A DNA stretch of 52,618 nucleotides, filler included, from Porpidia crustulata (lineage: Eukaryota), in the NCBI GenBank assembly GCA_964255105.1. It is 3 parts of 3 records of this genome, joined end to end, with 100 filler letters (N's around TTAATTAATTAA, not from the genome) between each part and the next. Parts side by side here need not be neighbours in the genome. Positions count along the whole stretch, not along the records: positions 1 to 17,503 come from CAXUWE010000217.1; positions 17,604 to 35,091 come from CAXUWE010000218.1; 1 more part is not named here. One strand, 5' to 3'. Position numbers and translations under genes: made by a program. Each line of letters begins with the position of its first letter. Positions within the stretch are counted from its first letter, which is position 1. Shown here piece by piece: positions 12,095-23,922 of the stretch. The notes under the pieces are model-generated. The model was not told where the DNA came from. It saw only the letters and a list, made by a program, of their open reading frames with translations, and made no database searches.

Positions 12095-14893
12095 ATGAGC
12101 CAACACCCCATCAAGCACGAACAAAAAATTACAGACGCGATGCCTGGTAAAGTAATGGCTAATACGCCTGACTTTTCCACTCAGACCACCATTTCGCTCT
12201 CTGATATAGCCGAGAATGTACGGACTGTGGAAAGTCAAGTCGACGGAGCAGTTGATGAGGGCTACCATACAAATCACGACCTGGGAGCTATTCGGAAGAA
12301 AGGTAAATCAATGGCGCACAGCCATATCTTAGATACATTCAATACCGATTTTCTCGCTCAAGGTCATAGCCGTGCGTCAAACTTGCCAGATCGAAGCTCA
12401 TCGCATACCGCATCCGAGACTTCGGATCGTGGACTTGAGATTCTCGGCCGTGGCGTCAAGGAGCTTGTGCAAGCGATCCAAAATCTCCGTCATCTAGGAG
12501 TGGAAGACCTGGTCCTACCGCTACCAAAGATCGTTGTCGTGGGTGATCAAAGCACGGGAAAAAGTTCGTTGATAGAGGTAAGTAATTCCTCAACTTCATT
12601 CTGATAGTATGGCTAATTTTCAGTCCAGGGGATCAGTGGTATCAAAGTGCCACGCAACTCGGGAACCTGTACCCGATGCCCGCTAGAGATCAATCTGACC
12701 GAGAGCGCTTTTCCGACGGACGTTTGGACATGTAGAATCTCTTTGTACAAGAAGTATGTTTACGAAGGTCTGCACGGAAGAGATGTTACTATGCGGTCTG
12801 GACGATCAATCGCCAAAGTTGAAGTTGCAACCAAGAATAGGCCTTTAGGACCTTGGATACTGCAGGATAGCGAAGATTTCCCCTTCTTCACAACGACCTC
12901 GAAGGAAGAAGTTCCTCGTGCTCTTTACTTGGCTCAACTTGCGACACTAAACCCTTCCGCCTCGTATGAGACATACATGCCTGGCAAGACTAATCCAGGA
13001 GATAAGCACCAAGTCAAGTTCTCTCCGAATGTCGTGCGATTGGATATCTCCGGTCCGGGGATGCCCAACCTATCGTTTTATGATCTTCCTGGAGTCATTA
13101 ATCAGTCCGAAATTGCTGAGGAGGAATACCTGGTCAATTTGGTTAAGAATCTCGTCAAACAGTACATCAAAGCCGATAACTGCATTAATCTGCTGGCCAT
13201 TCCTATGACCGACGACCCGGCCAACTCTAGTGCTTCCAAGTTGATAAGAGAAGTCAAAGCAGAAGCTCGTACTGTGGGTGTGTTAACCAAGCCGGATAGA
13301 TACCAACAGGGGGAATCTCTCGATCAGTGGATTCAGATTTTAACTGGCAAGAAGTTCCGGCTCGGGTTTGGGTACTATGTCGTAAAAAATAATCCCGATC
13401 CTCGTGTCGACCATGCAGCCGCCAGAGCTGAAGAAGGTCTATTTTTCAGCGAAGAAGAGCCATGGGCTCAAACTCTAGGCAAGTACAGTGAACGGTTTGG
13501 GACGCTCAAGCTTCAGAGTCATCTTTCCCACAGTCTAACAGCCCAGATAAAAGCGAGCCTGCCTCATATAAACATTCAAGTGCAGCAGAAGGCCCAATAC
13601 ATAGACGAAATGCTAAAGATGTTGCCTCAGTCACCTGCTGGAAATCTGCCGATGCAAGTCCTTGAGAAGACTTTAAAATTGGAACATGATCTCAAGATGC
13701 ACATTGATGGGGGGTCAGCGGAATTCCCATTCCAAAAAGACTGGAAGAGTTTAGTCCAAGAATTCCGTAACGTGATGGGAGAATCACGCCCAAGAGTGAT
13801 ACTCTCAAGCTCCTCTCAGTACCGAGGATCTTCACAGGCAACGGAAGATAGTCCAGGAACGCCAACACCGGTAGGAAGAGGGCCTGCGATCAGTCTGGAT
13901 TCTGATGACGATGAGACAACAAAGTCAACGCCAGCCTTCCGCTCTGGTAGCAAACGTACGCGCGTTGATAATTTGCAATCAACTCCACAGAAATTCCAGC
14001 GAATGGGTGACATACCTTCATTCGCTGCAAGTAAGGACCTGAGAGACTTCATAGGCAAAAAATTCAATCTACAGGAGATACGGGGTTACATCAATGACGC
14101 AACCATCGGTCTACCAGGTCAGATCGATCCTAAGTCGACGGATAGGATGATCAAGATCAGCATGCAGCACTGGGAGAAGCCAGTCGATCAATTTTTAGAT
14201 CGGACTGGAGAGTTGTGCCGAAACTTAATCCTCGACCGCGTCACTGAAGTATATGACATTTGGATTCAGACGCCTTTTTACACTCGAATGCTGGAATTTT
14301 GTAACAACTTCCTCGAAGAAATTACATCCGAGCAACGCAATCTTGCACACAGACTTTTATATTGGGAGTTGATGAGGCCGATGACGTTTGATGAAGAAGG
14401 GATGCGATTGGCCACCGATAAAGCTGTACTGGATATTCAGAAGAAGCGGTTTAATGCTCGCGCCAACGTTTGGTTAGAGAAGCAGGAAAAGAACGGTAAA
14501 GTTTTGACTGGTCCTGCCAGGGCTGAGAAGCTATCCAGGATCACTGAAGCACAAATCGGCCCAGATCCATATGCGCAAGAAATCATGGCAATGGGTACAG
14601 TGAGAGGATACTACGAATGCGCTTTCTCGGAGTTTGTGAATGTTGTTTGCAAGGGGATCAACTGCGAGCTGTTTACACGTTGTCGTAATGAGCTCGGAAA
14701 CGCGATGAAAAAGCAATTCTCTATTTCGGAACATGATGCGAATGAACGTTTCGCGATACTGTTGGAGGTTGATGCCAAGAACCAGGAGAAGCGCCTACAG
14801 CTGAAGAAGGAAAAGGAGCTGCTTCGCAAAGCTCAAGAGTGGCTGGAGGGATTGACGGAGAATGCTGTCCCAGACGTCCAGGACATTGCGTGA
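12095..14893 (+). CDS. Dynamin-superfamily large GTPase, Mx-like fungal subfamily
   Basis: G1 LPKIVVVGDQSTGKSSLIE|GISG, G2 TCTRCP, G3 DLPG and G4 TKPD are present, followed by a helical stalk and a GED-like C-terminus. Intron at 12578-12628. The start codon is uncertain. Confidence 0.9.
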
Positions 14894-15382
14894 TATCACG
14901 CGTGGCTCATTGTTACCTCGAGCAATTCTCAATTGAAGATATTTATACAGCTGGGCAAGGTTCACGAAGGTATGGTGGTTTCGGGGTACGGGGCCCTCAT
15001 CTGCGGATCTTTGGTCTCCTAATACTATCTATGTTTGTCTTGTACTTCATACAAAATATTGGTATGTGTGGAAAGAGTGAGGGAGGCTAGTCTGAAGGCT
15101 TGTCTTCCTGGGGTTGGATGTATCGGTAGAGTAGCCCGCAGAGATCAATGCAGGATCGTTGTTCAATCCATGATAGTCTGAGTTGAACATCTTCCTTCAT
15201 CATATTGAAAGCTAAATGCTTGGCATTTGTATGACCTAGGAATTTCGATTTATCTACATATATAAACGCTACCGTGATCACATCCCACCTTGACTTTTGT
15301 GAAAGATCAAATATTTAAGCCCCACCCCCACCCCCACTATCGACTTTGACTGTTTCCAAAACTTGAGTCCTGTGATATAAAC

Positions 15383-17354
15383 ATGGCCGATGAAGAGGTA
15401 GTTGGCCCGATGGCTAAAGTGGTTATTGAAGATCCTGTCACTGGTGAAAAGATCAGGTTTGCACTCCATGACATGAGCGTATGCAAACATTGACATTATT
15501 GTCCAGTAAGACAGAACTCAAGAGGCGAGCGAAGCAGCGAGAAATCGAAGAGAAGAAAAGAGAGAAAGCCGCTGCAGCTCCTGTCAAGGCAGAAAAGCAA
15601 ATGTCGGCGGAGGAGGCCGAGAACAATCTTACACCTAATGTCTGGCTACCATGGCAAGGGCTGTGCAGCTATGCTTTCAGCTGACAGCGAGCTCTAGCAA
15701 TACTACGAAATTCGATGCGCGAAAATCGAAAAGCTCCGCCAAAGCAAGCAGCCCAATCCTTACCCCCACAAATTCAAAGTCACTACCGACCTCCGCGACT
15801 TCCTCACAAAGTACAAATCTATCAAGACTGGAGAACATCTCAAAGATGTTGAGATTCGTGTTGGGGGAAGGGTATACACCAAGCGGAGTTCTGGGTCTAA
15901 GCTGATCTTCTATGACATTAGAGCCGAGGGTGTCAAAGTCCAGGTCATGTGTCAAACGCAGGAGGCTTCAGGTCCCATACCGTTTGAACAGCAACATGAG
16001 CACCTTCGGAGGGGAGATATCATCGGGATAGTCGGATACCCGGGGCGTACGGCACCAAGGAATCGACCCGAAGGCGAACTTTCAATATTTGCAAAGGAAA
16101 TCATACTACTTTCACCATGTCTACATCAAATACCTTCGGAGCATTATGGACTCAAGGATCAAGAGCAGAGGTTTCGGCAGCGGTATCTGGATCTGATAAT
16201 GAATGATAAATCTCGCAATGTTTTTGTTACGAGATCTAAAATGATAACATATATTCGGCGGTACTTTGACCAGCAAGATTTTATAGAAGTTGAGACCCCA
16301 ATGATGAACGCTATAGCTGGAGGCGCAACCGCAAAACCCTTTATAACACATCACAACGACCTTAATATGGACCTCTTCATGCGAGTCGCTCCAGAGCTTT
16401 ATCTCAAGATGTTGGTAGTTGGCGGTCTGGAACGGGTGTACGAGATAGGAAGGCAATTCAGAAACGAGGGTATAGACTTAACGCACAATCCCGAATTCAC
16501 AACTCTAGAGTTCTACATGGCATACGCCGATGTCTACGATATGATGGACATGACTGAAGCGCTTGTTTCCGAGCTCGTCAAGAACGTGACCGGGAGCTAT
16601 GAAACCATCTTCCACACCCAAACCGGCGAGGAGTACCAGATCAATTGGGAGAAACCCTGGAAGCGCATCGAGATGATCCCGGCTCTCGAAGAAGCCTGCG
16701 GTGAAAAATTCCCGCCAGGCGCCGAGCTACACACCAGCGCCACAAACGACTTCCTCAAGCGCATGCTCAAGAAAATGAACGTCGACTGCTCCCCGCCCCA
16801 GACCAACGCCCGCATGCTCGACAAGCTCGTCGGCGAGTTCATCGAAGAGAAATGCGTGAACCCAACCTTCATCACCGGCCACCCGCAAATGATGTCCCCC
16901 CTCGCCAAATACCACCGCCAACAACCCGGCCTCTGCGAGCGCTTCGAGGCCTTCGTCTGCAAGAAAGAAATCGTCAACGCCTACACCGAACTCAACGACC
17001 CCTTCGACCAACGCCTCCGCTTCGAGGAGCAGGCGCGCCAGAAGGACCAAGGCGACGACGAAGCCCAGATGGTTGACGAGAACTTCTGCACCAGCCTCGA
17101 GTTCGGGCTGCCGCCGACCGGCGGCTTCGGCTTGGGCATCGACCGGCTCGTCATGTTCCTGACCGACCACTACAGCATCAAGGAGGTGCTGGCTTTTCCC
17201 TTCATGAAGGATGAGCAGGGCAAGGAGAAGAAGCTGGCGGCCGAGGTGGTCGGGGTCAAGCCGATGGCGGAGGAGGGGATCCGTGAGTCTTCTTCCGGGA
17301 CGTTGGCGCGGTCGCGGGGTAAATGGATTGACGAGTTGTATAGCGCACAAATAG
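15383..17354 (+). CDS. KRS1: Lysyl-tRNA synthetase, cytoplasmic, class II
   Basis: SKTELKRR N-terminal helix, OB-fold, [32 protein letters not shown] and [11 protein letters not shown]. Introns at 15457-15506, 15640-15697 and 17283-17343. The protein ends ...EEGIPHK*. Confidence 0.97.
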
Positions 17355-17503
17355 ACCGTGGTGGGGATACGGAAAAGGGACAGGCATGGTAGCTCTAATG
17401 TAGATCGACATCTTTGACTCACTGAATTCCAAAGACAACAAAAATGAGCATCAGCTTCCTTCTCAATTCTTCCATACCCATCCCACCTCCTCGCCTTCCC
17501 CTC

Positions 17504-17603
17504 NNNNNNNNNNNNNNNNNNNNNNNNNNNNNNNNNNNNNNNNNNNNTTAATTAATTAANNNNNNNNNNNNNNNNNNNNNNNNNNNNNNNNNNNNNNNNN
17601 NNN
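17504..17603. other. Artificial assembly spacer N44-TTAATTAATTAA-N44 (six-frame stop linker)
   Basis: A palindromic all-frame stop 12-mer centred in Ns, identical to the block at 35092-35191. Confidence 0.97.
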
Positions 17604-17952
17604 GTTCACGCCAGTCGGTCGCGAGGGCGGTGATTTCGTTTCCGAGTTTGTTGTAGCCTAGAAAGTTGCGTTTAGTCGAGTGGTATCTTGAGACGTTGGG
17701 GTGGGAGGGTTTACCGAGGAAGCTGGGGACGTTCTTCATCTGGATTTCGAGCTTTTTCTCCTCTGGTAAGCTGAAGAATGCCTTGCCTTGCGAGATGACA
17801 TTCTGAATCAGAGAATCGTCGATACCTGTGTTTTCAATGTAAAGGAAGCCGACCTCGAGCAAGGCATTCTTGAGTGATTTGAGGAAGGCGGGTTTGGTTT
17901 GGGGATTCCGCGCAAGGGAGAGGTCGAGGATTGGAATGGAACTAAACGACAT
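17604..17952 (-). CDS. 2OG-Fe(II) dioxygenase (IPNS/DIOX_N family), 5' part only, truncated by the gap
   Basis: MSFSSIPILDLSLARNP..LKNALLEVGFLYIENTGI..FFSLPEEKKLEI..PSFLG|YNKLGNEIT..DWRE. There is one intron at about 17659-17713. Confidence 0.88.
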
Positions 17953-18345
17953 GCCTCTTGAAATTTGTGTATCATCTGGATGTTGAGGATAAATTGACGT
18001 TCAAGGTGACATATCATGATATCAAGAAACGCTTTCCATCGGTGATGCGGGGACGGGATGGCGTAATCTTCGAGATGTGGGGTTCGACATGGCGGCTGTC
18101 AGGCAAGGATTACTATATTTGAGCCTCAGGGATCAGCAGTTATGGGCTTCGATCACAATATTGGAACAACAGATATGCGGCATACATGGTTATGCTTGAA
18201 AAGACATAAAATAAATCGAAATGTAGGAGGCTCCGGTCTAAGATTTGAAGAGCATGCAGTAGAAAGCGCGAGAGCGGATAATTCATGACAGTCATTGGGA
18301 CGAAGAAAAACGGAGGGAGGCTGGATAATAATAGAATTGTCATTC

Positions 18346-19772
18346 TCATGTAGTGTAATCCTTCTGGAGTAGCTTTGCTATCGTCTGCAGCTGGATGTTA
18401 CTCGTGCCTTCGTAAATGGCCCCAATCTTGCTGTCTCGAAACATCTTTTCCGCAATGCCCTCTCTGACAAAGCCCATCCCGCCCATCCATTCAATGGCCT
18501 GTCCACTTACCCTTCCAGCAACCTGTGAAGCATATAGCTTCGCCATGGCAGCGTCTTGTATGAAATCCTGGCCAGCCTCTTTCTTCCGCGACGCGTTGTA
18601 CACCAGGGCACGCGCGGCTGCAATTTCTGTCCAGGCTTGGGCCATTTGGTGCTGCATGCCTTGGAATTCGCCAACGAGCTTGCCAAATTGCTTGCGGTCG
18701 TTCCAGACATACCTGTATTTGTCAGTGATAATTTAAATCGTGACCATCTGGAAACATCTCGTACCGAGCAGCATTTTCCCAAGCGCCGAGAGCAAGTCCG
18801 GTCATTTGCGCAGCAATACCAATCCTGCCCTCGTTGAGAAGACCCATTGCATACTTATACCCCTGGCCTTCCTCGCCAAGAAGCTGGTCCTTTGGTATCT
18901 CGACGTCATCGAAATTGATCACACATGTACTGCTCGCCCTGATCCCAAGCTTCTTCTCCTTCTTGGATATTGAAAAGCCTTTGTTGCTTTTCTCCACTAC
19001 AAAAGCTGTGATGCCCTTGTACCCCTTACTTGGGTCAAGGTTGGCAAATACGATAAAGAAGTCAGCCTCTATCGAGTTCGTGATCCACATCTTTGACCCG
19101 TTGATCTTGTAACCTGACGCGGTCTTCTCTGCTTTGGTTCTCAAAGCAAAGGCATCCGAACCGGATGCTGGCTCAGACAAGCAAAAGGACCCAACAGTTC
19201 CTGTAGCTAGTGGAGGAAGCCATTTCCGCTTTGACTCAGACGTCCCATACTTCAGTATCGCTGTATTGACTAGTGTATTGTGAACGTCTACCAGAACACT
19301 GACACTAGGGTCAACCCTCGCTAGCTCTTCTATGCCAACTATACCAGCGGTAAAATTCATTCCTGAACCACCATACTCTTCTGGAATTTCAATGCCCATG
19401 AGCCCCTGCTCGAAAAGTTGCGCGACCAACGTAGGATCCATCTTTTCTGCCTCGTCCATTTCGCGAACCTTGGGTGTTATCACTTCAGAAGCGAACTTAG
19501 CAACAGACTCTTTCATCATAAGCTCAGTCTCTGACAAGTGGGTGATGGGCGTGGGAGAGAATTCGGAAATGTCCATGACATCTGCGTGTCTTCGACCGGT
19601 AGTGGTAGAGAGGGGCCGGAGACTTTATTGACACGTAAGAGTCTATGGACAATTTGACCGGAGATTGTGCGACATACCATTGGGCTGGTCGTGCTGCGAT
19701 CCGAAGGCATGTCTGAGGGCGAGTTGACACTGCGCGTGCCAAGGGCCGTAACGAGTTTGCCAAAGTGGTCAT
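18346..19772 (-). CDS. Short/branched-chain acyl-CoA dehydrogenase (ACADSB-like), mitochondrial
   Basis: Motifs GSFCLSEPASGSDAF, KINGSKMWITN, EKKLGIRASST, LNEGRIGIAAQM and IYEGTSNIQL. Introns at 19623-19677 and 18713-18764. Confidence 0.95.
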
Positions 19773-20383
19773 TCTTTGTCTTGACTGTGAGAGTATAATT
19801 AAATGGATGCTACAGGTCTAACAAAACAGTTGACAGCTGAATACACAATATCTCAACGGGGCAGTCTTTTGCCCGAAGAGATGCTTTAGAGAGTGGCATT
19901 AAATTAGACCTCGGCGATTCAGGCTAGAGTAGGGCGTTCTCGACCGGCTAATAGACTTTAAGCACATGGCATGTGAACACAGTTCAGTTGTAGATTTGGT
20001 GATGCGAACGCCTCCTGTAGAATTGCGCGTTCATCACACGAGTTGTTAATTCTGAAATCTTGTGAGGGGCGCACTGGGCGGTAGGAAAAACAGTTGCAGA
20101 GCGTTGGTGGCGTCGCGAGTAAATGGAGCTGAGCCACATAACACAGCCACACATGACGGTTTACCCCTCCTCCCCTGCACTGTTGACCCGATGAAACTTG
20201 ATGGCTAGCGCTTGCTGCTTGACCTGTCGACCCTGTCTACAAGCAAATAACTTCCAAGTTGAAGTCATATAAAGTCTTTGTTCTTTTAGATCTCGTGCAA
20301 GACCATACAGCAACACCACATGCGACAGCTGGAAACAGTACGACTTCTAATTGTGTCTGAGCAAATCTTGCCCCACCACCGTC

Positions 20384-22128
20384 ATGTCGGCTGGTCACAA
20401 CGATCCAAGACTGCTGTATAGCGTTGGCAATATCTCTGCCTACCATATTCAAGATGGCGAAGAGTCACCACTTAGCACCTCTGGACCACAAACCCTCTCA
20501 TTGTTGATGGTCCCCACTTCCTCTCCATTTGCGGACCTCTCCTCTGCGGATCCTCAAAGTGCGGCGCCAGAAGAGGATTTCTACTTGCATCTTCACTTAC
20601 CCCCGGAATTGGATATGTCCCTTCCTGCTACTACTCAAATCTACCATCAGCCTCCCCGCAGCTATCTTATCCCACGATGGGACCTCGGACCAGACAGCGG
20701 CGCCTTCACACGCATAGAATTCCCCAAGATAGGTAACGGGCCGGGTCAGGTCACTCAAGAAGATATCGATACCTTCGAGACGATCTTAGCTCAATGCACG
20801 GCATTCCTAGAACGTGCGAACCCACCGCAGGGAAAGGGAACAAGCCAGTACAACCCTGCCAATTTTGCGCCCGGTGAAGGTTACGTAGGAACCGGTCATG
20901 GGGACTCCAAGACGGGTCACATAGTTCTAGTTGATGAGGAGAACGGCTCTGTTGGTATGCGTCACCCTTCTATCAACCGCCAGGCGATTAGGCGTACTGA
21001 CTGGAGCAGTCGGAGAATTAGGGGAAGGCTTCAATGTTGTCGAGGGTGTTGATATCAAACATGGCTCGAAAAGTATGCTTATATGTATGAAATTGACAAC
21101 AGAGGAGCGTGCTGAAAACAGTGATAGATCCTGTCGAAATCGAGCTACCACAAGAGGGAGGAAACAATCAAATCAATGTTACCAATGCGTCCGAGGAATA
21201 TCTTAAGATGTCGAAGCATCCTGCTTATAAAAACTCGACTTTGGTGCAGAATGCTGCAGTAGCATCTCGGCTCATAGTCACAAGCAGCGGAGTTTTAGCG
21301 AACGCCATCAACTCCGGAGCTGATGCCTTTACCAAAAAGACAAGGCCAAACCCTAAACCGATGACCTTTACGCCCACTACGCAGATGAGAGTTCGGAAAA
21401 TCAATAACTTTACCCAAGGTGCTGTTGGGCTATCTGCCAAGACGATCGGTCAGATAAATCGACATGCCCAGAATGTCGGAGCAGCGATGACACGACGTGG
21501 CGAGCAACAGAAGAAATCCAAAGGAGGCTTCGACAAGCATGGCCAACCTGTTGAGGACTACAAGCCTGGTCTTATGAACAAGGCTATGATGGCTTTCTCT
21601 ACAGTAGCGGACGGCGTCGATCAAGCGTCACGCAATTTGTTGGCATCTGGGTCAACCGCGGCAACGACTGTCGTAGGTCACCGATATGGGGAAGATGCAC
21701 GGCAAGTTGCAGGCAATCTAGCTGGAGGCGTGAGGAATGTAGGCCTCGTTTATGTCGATGCCGCTGGAGTTTCCCGCCGAGCAGTCATTAAATCAGTAGC
21801 GAAGGGAATGGTATGAATTTCTCTCCAACGCGTATTTCAAAGAGCAAATAGCTGACTCTATTTCTCTCAGGTCGTTGGGAAAGCTCCAGGTGGAGGCGAC
21901 TTGGTTGTCGGCGGCGGCGATGGCGGTGCTGTGCCTCCTGAAGTGATGGGCGGGGACTCCAAAGTTGGGGTTGCGAATCAGCATCTTCCGGGTGCAGGTC
22001 AACCAGGTACCGGTGTACCTGGCGTCGGTGAAGTTGGTTTTGGCAACGCGGCACCTCCTGCGTACAGCAGCGGCCTTGGAGAGCCTCTTGGTGCGCAAGT
22101 TTTCCAAGGGCATGACTCGAAGCGGTGA
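20384..22128 (+). CDS. Senescence/spartin-associated domain protein
   Basis: MSAGHNDPRLLY..., GHIVLVDEENGSV|VGEL, AFSTVADGVDQASRNLL..VGHRYG and LVYVDAAGVSRRAVIKSVAKGM. Three introns at about 20956-21008, 21073-21128 and 21811-21870. A PPAY motif lies near the C-terminus. Confidence 0.85.
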
Positions 22129-23922
22129 TGTTAGCAAGAAGACACTAGGCTGGCGCTGACAGATTTGGAATTATTAAATGGCTAACAGCTAGTGGCATTG
22201 GTTGATGCCAGAAAGAAGGGATGCTTTCACCTAATAAAATTTTCTCATTTCATGCTGCATGCACGACATTTCAATTTCCTGTTCGGCTGCGTTTCTCTAT
22301 ACATGAAACATAAGTCGGAAATTTGGCAGTACTGTTGTGGCGGCAGTCTGCAGATAAAAACTGCATGCAGTAAGAACAGATACATAATAGCAACCTCATG
22401 CCTTTATGATTATCTTCGAGTAATGCATCCCACGGACCATTCATCATCTCGCCAAGCGGCGTCAGGCATTAGAAAACATTTCGTAAGCCCCTTGCAACCT
22501 GCTGATGTAGAAATATTGCCGTGGTCGTGCCTGGACCGTAAAAAGGGCACTCATCACGAAGAAAGCAAATGTCTGCCTGAGATTGAGTTCGACGCGATAC
22601 TGCGTTTTCAGGCAGAAGTCTGAAACAAAAGGTATGAGACTCAGCAACCACACTATTCATAGAATCTACGAAGTCTGTCTGGTCCTTGACGAAGAGTCGA
22701 GCAGACCGAGCAATTGCGCGCTTGATGATGCGAAACCAAAGCAGCGCAGGAGTGGCAGGGAAGCATCCAGAGCCACTGGCTGGTGAGCGATGAACTGGCG
22801 ACGCGATAGCCCGTGGCTAGTTCTTGTAGTAGCCGCCCTGTAGGGATTCAGCATGTTGAGAAGCCGAATGTCAGAGATGTCGACGATCTCCGAGTGCACA
22901 GTGATACCACAATAGGCGTAGAAGGAACGCATACCTTGAATACGTTGTAAATGTTCACGATACACTCCAAATGTCACATGTTTGCCTCTGCACTTTCAGA
23001 AATATTTTATTTATTTTCTCAGCCGAGTATGATTATTGTTTAGCATAACCCCCCTATTGTGCAAACGCGCCTTCCCTGTCTCAGGTGTCTCTAAACGACC
23101 GGGAAATTGGCTCTCTGTCAAGCTAGTCCGTCCAAGAACAACAAGAATCACCATTTACAGTCTACCGAGCTCAACGTCAACCCTCACGGTCTCACCCCTC
23201 CTCCTCCCCTCAGGCCAGGCCGCTCAATCGGCTTCTCGAGGCCTTCTCACGCCATCTCACCTCTTCCTGATGATAGCTGGCCCGTATCATTGTCCATCGT
23301 CGTAGTCGTTCCTTTATCACGCTCCTTCATCGGGTCTGTGTTGACACACTAGTTGTAATAATACTTGGGTTGCTCTTCTTCAATTCAACATATAATCTTT
23401 GGAAAGGACTGCTTGTGTCACCCCAAGGTACTTCGTACTACACCCAAAGAAAAAAACAAAAACAAATATCGACTCACACCTGGTGAATAGCTTTTGTACG
23501 GGTCGACGCTGCCCAACATCACCGCAATGATAAAGATATCTAACCATCTTTCATTCTTCAGCGCCGATTCCAAGCGTCTTTGAGGCTCACCTTATTATAT
23601 TCCCCCAGCTTCCATCAGCTGTCTCTAGCGCCGAAACATTCAAGGGTTACCAAATTTTGCATTGTGCAGCGGGCCGAGGTGGATCGCAAGATAAATTTCG
23701 CCCACATACCCAGAGAATAAGAGGAAGCTTTCTGCATTGGGAGATTGGATATAGGCAGGCTACATCATAGTCTCGTCAAGGAACTACATTTGTGCTTTGT
23801 GGGCAAGCATTTCGCGACAGTGACTGTAACAGCTTCAATCAACTGTTCCAAGTATCGACCTGAATACTCTTGATTGGGACGCGGTTACGAGTGCCAACTC
23901 GTTGAGGCTCACCGGGGCTAAG

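Noticed and set aside
16727..17422. 231-aa antisense ORF over KRS1
   Set aside because: It is a shadow of high-GC3 codon usage and has no recognisable motifs.
17548..17559. TTAATTAATTAA palindrome, repeated at 35136-35147
   Set aside because: It is a synthetic six-frame stop linker between Ns, not biological.
18707..18716. CAG|GTATGT at the ACAD intron 2 acceptor, resembling a recursive splice site
   Set aside because: The downstream bases encode needed protein (RYVWNDRKQFG), so the match is probably coincidental.
7289..19772. BCKDH E1-beta plus branched-chain acyl-CoA dehydrogenase as a catabolic cluster
   Set aside because: They are about 10 kb apart, separated by unrelated genes and an assembly spacer. 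Nothing supports clustering beyond chance.
22130..23920. Short ORFs upstream of the Kin4-like kinase
   Set aside because: They mostly have non-ATG starts and no motifs. The pyrimidine-rich stretch fits a promoter or long 5' UTR.
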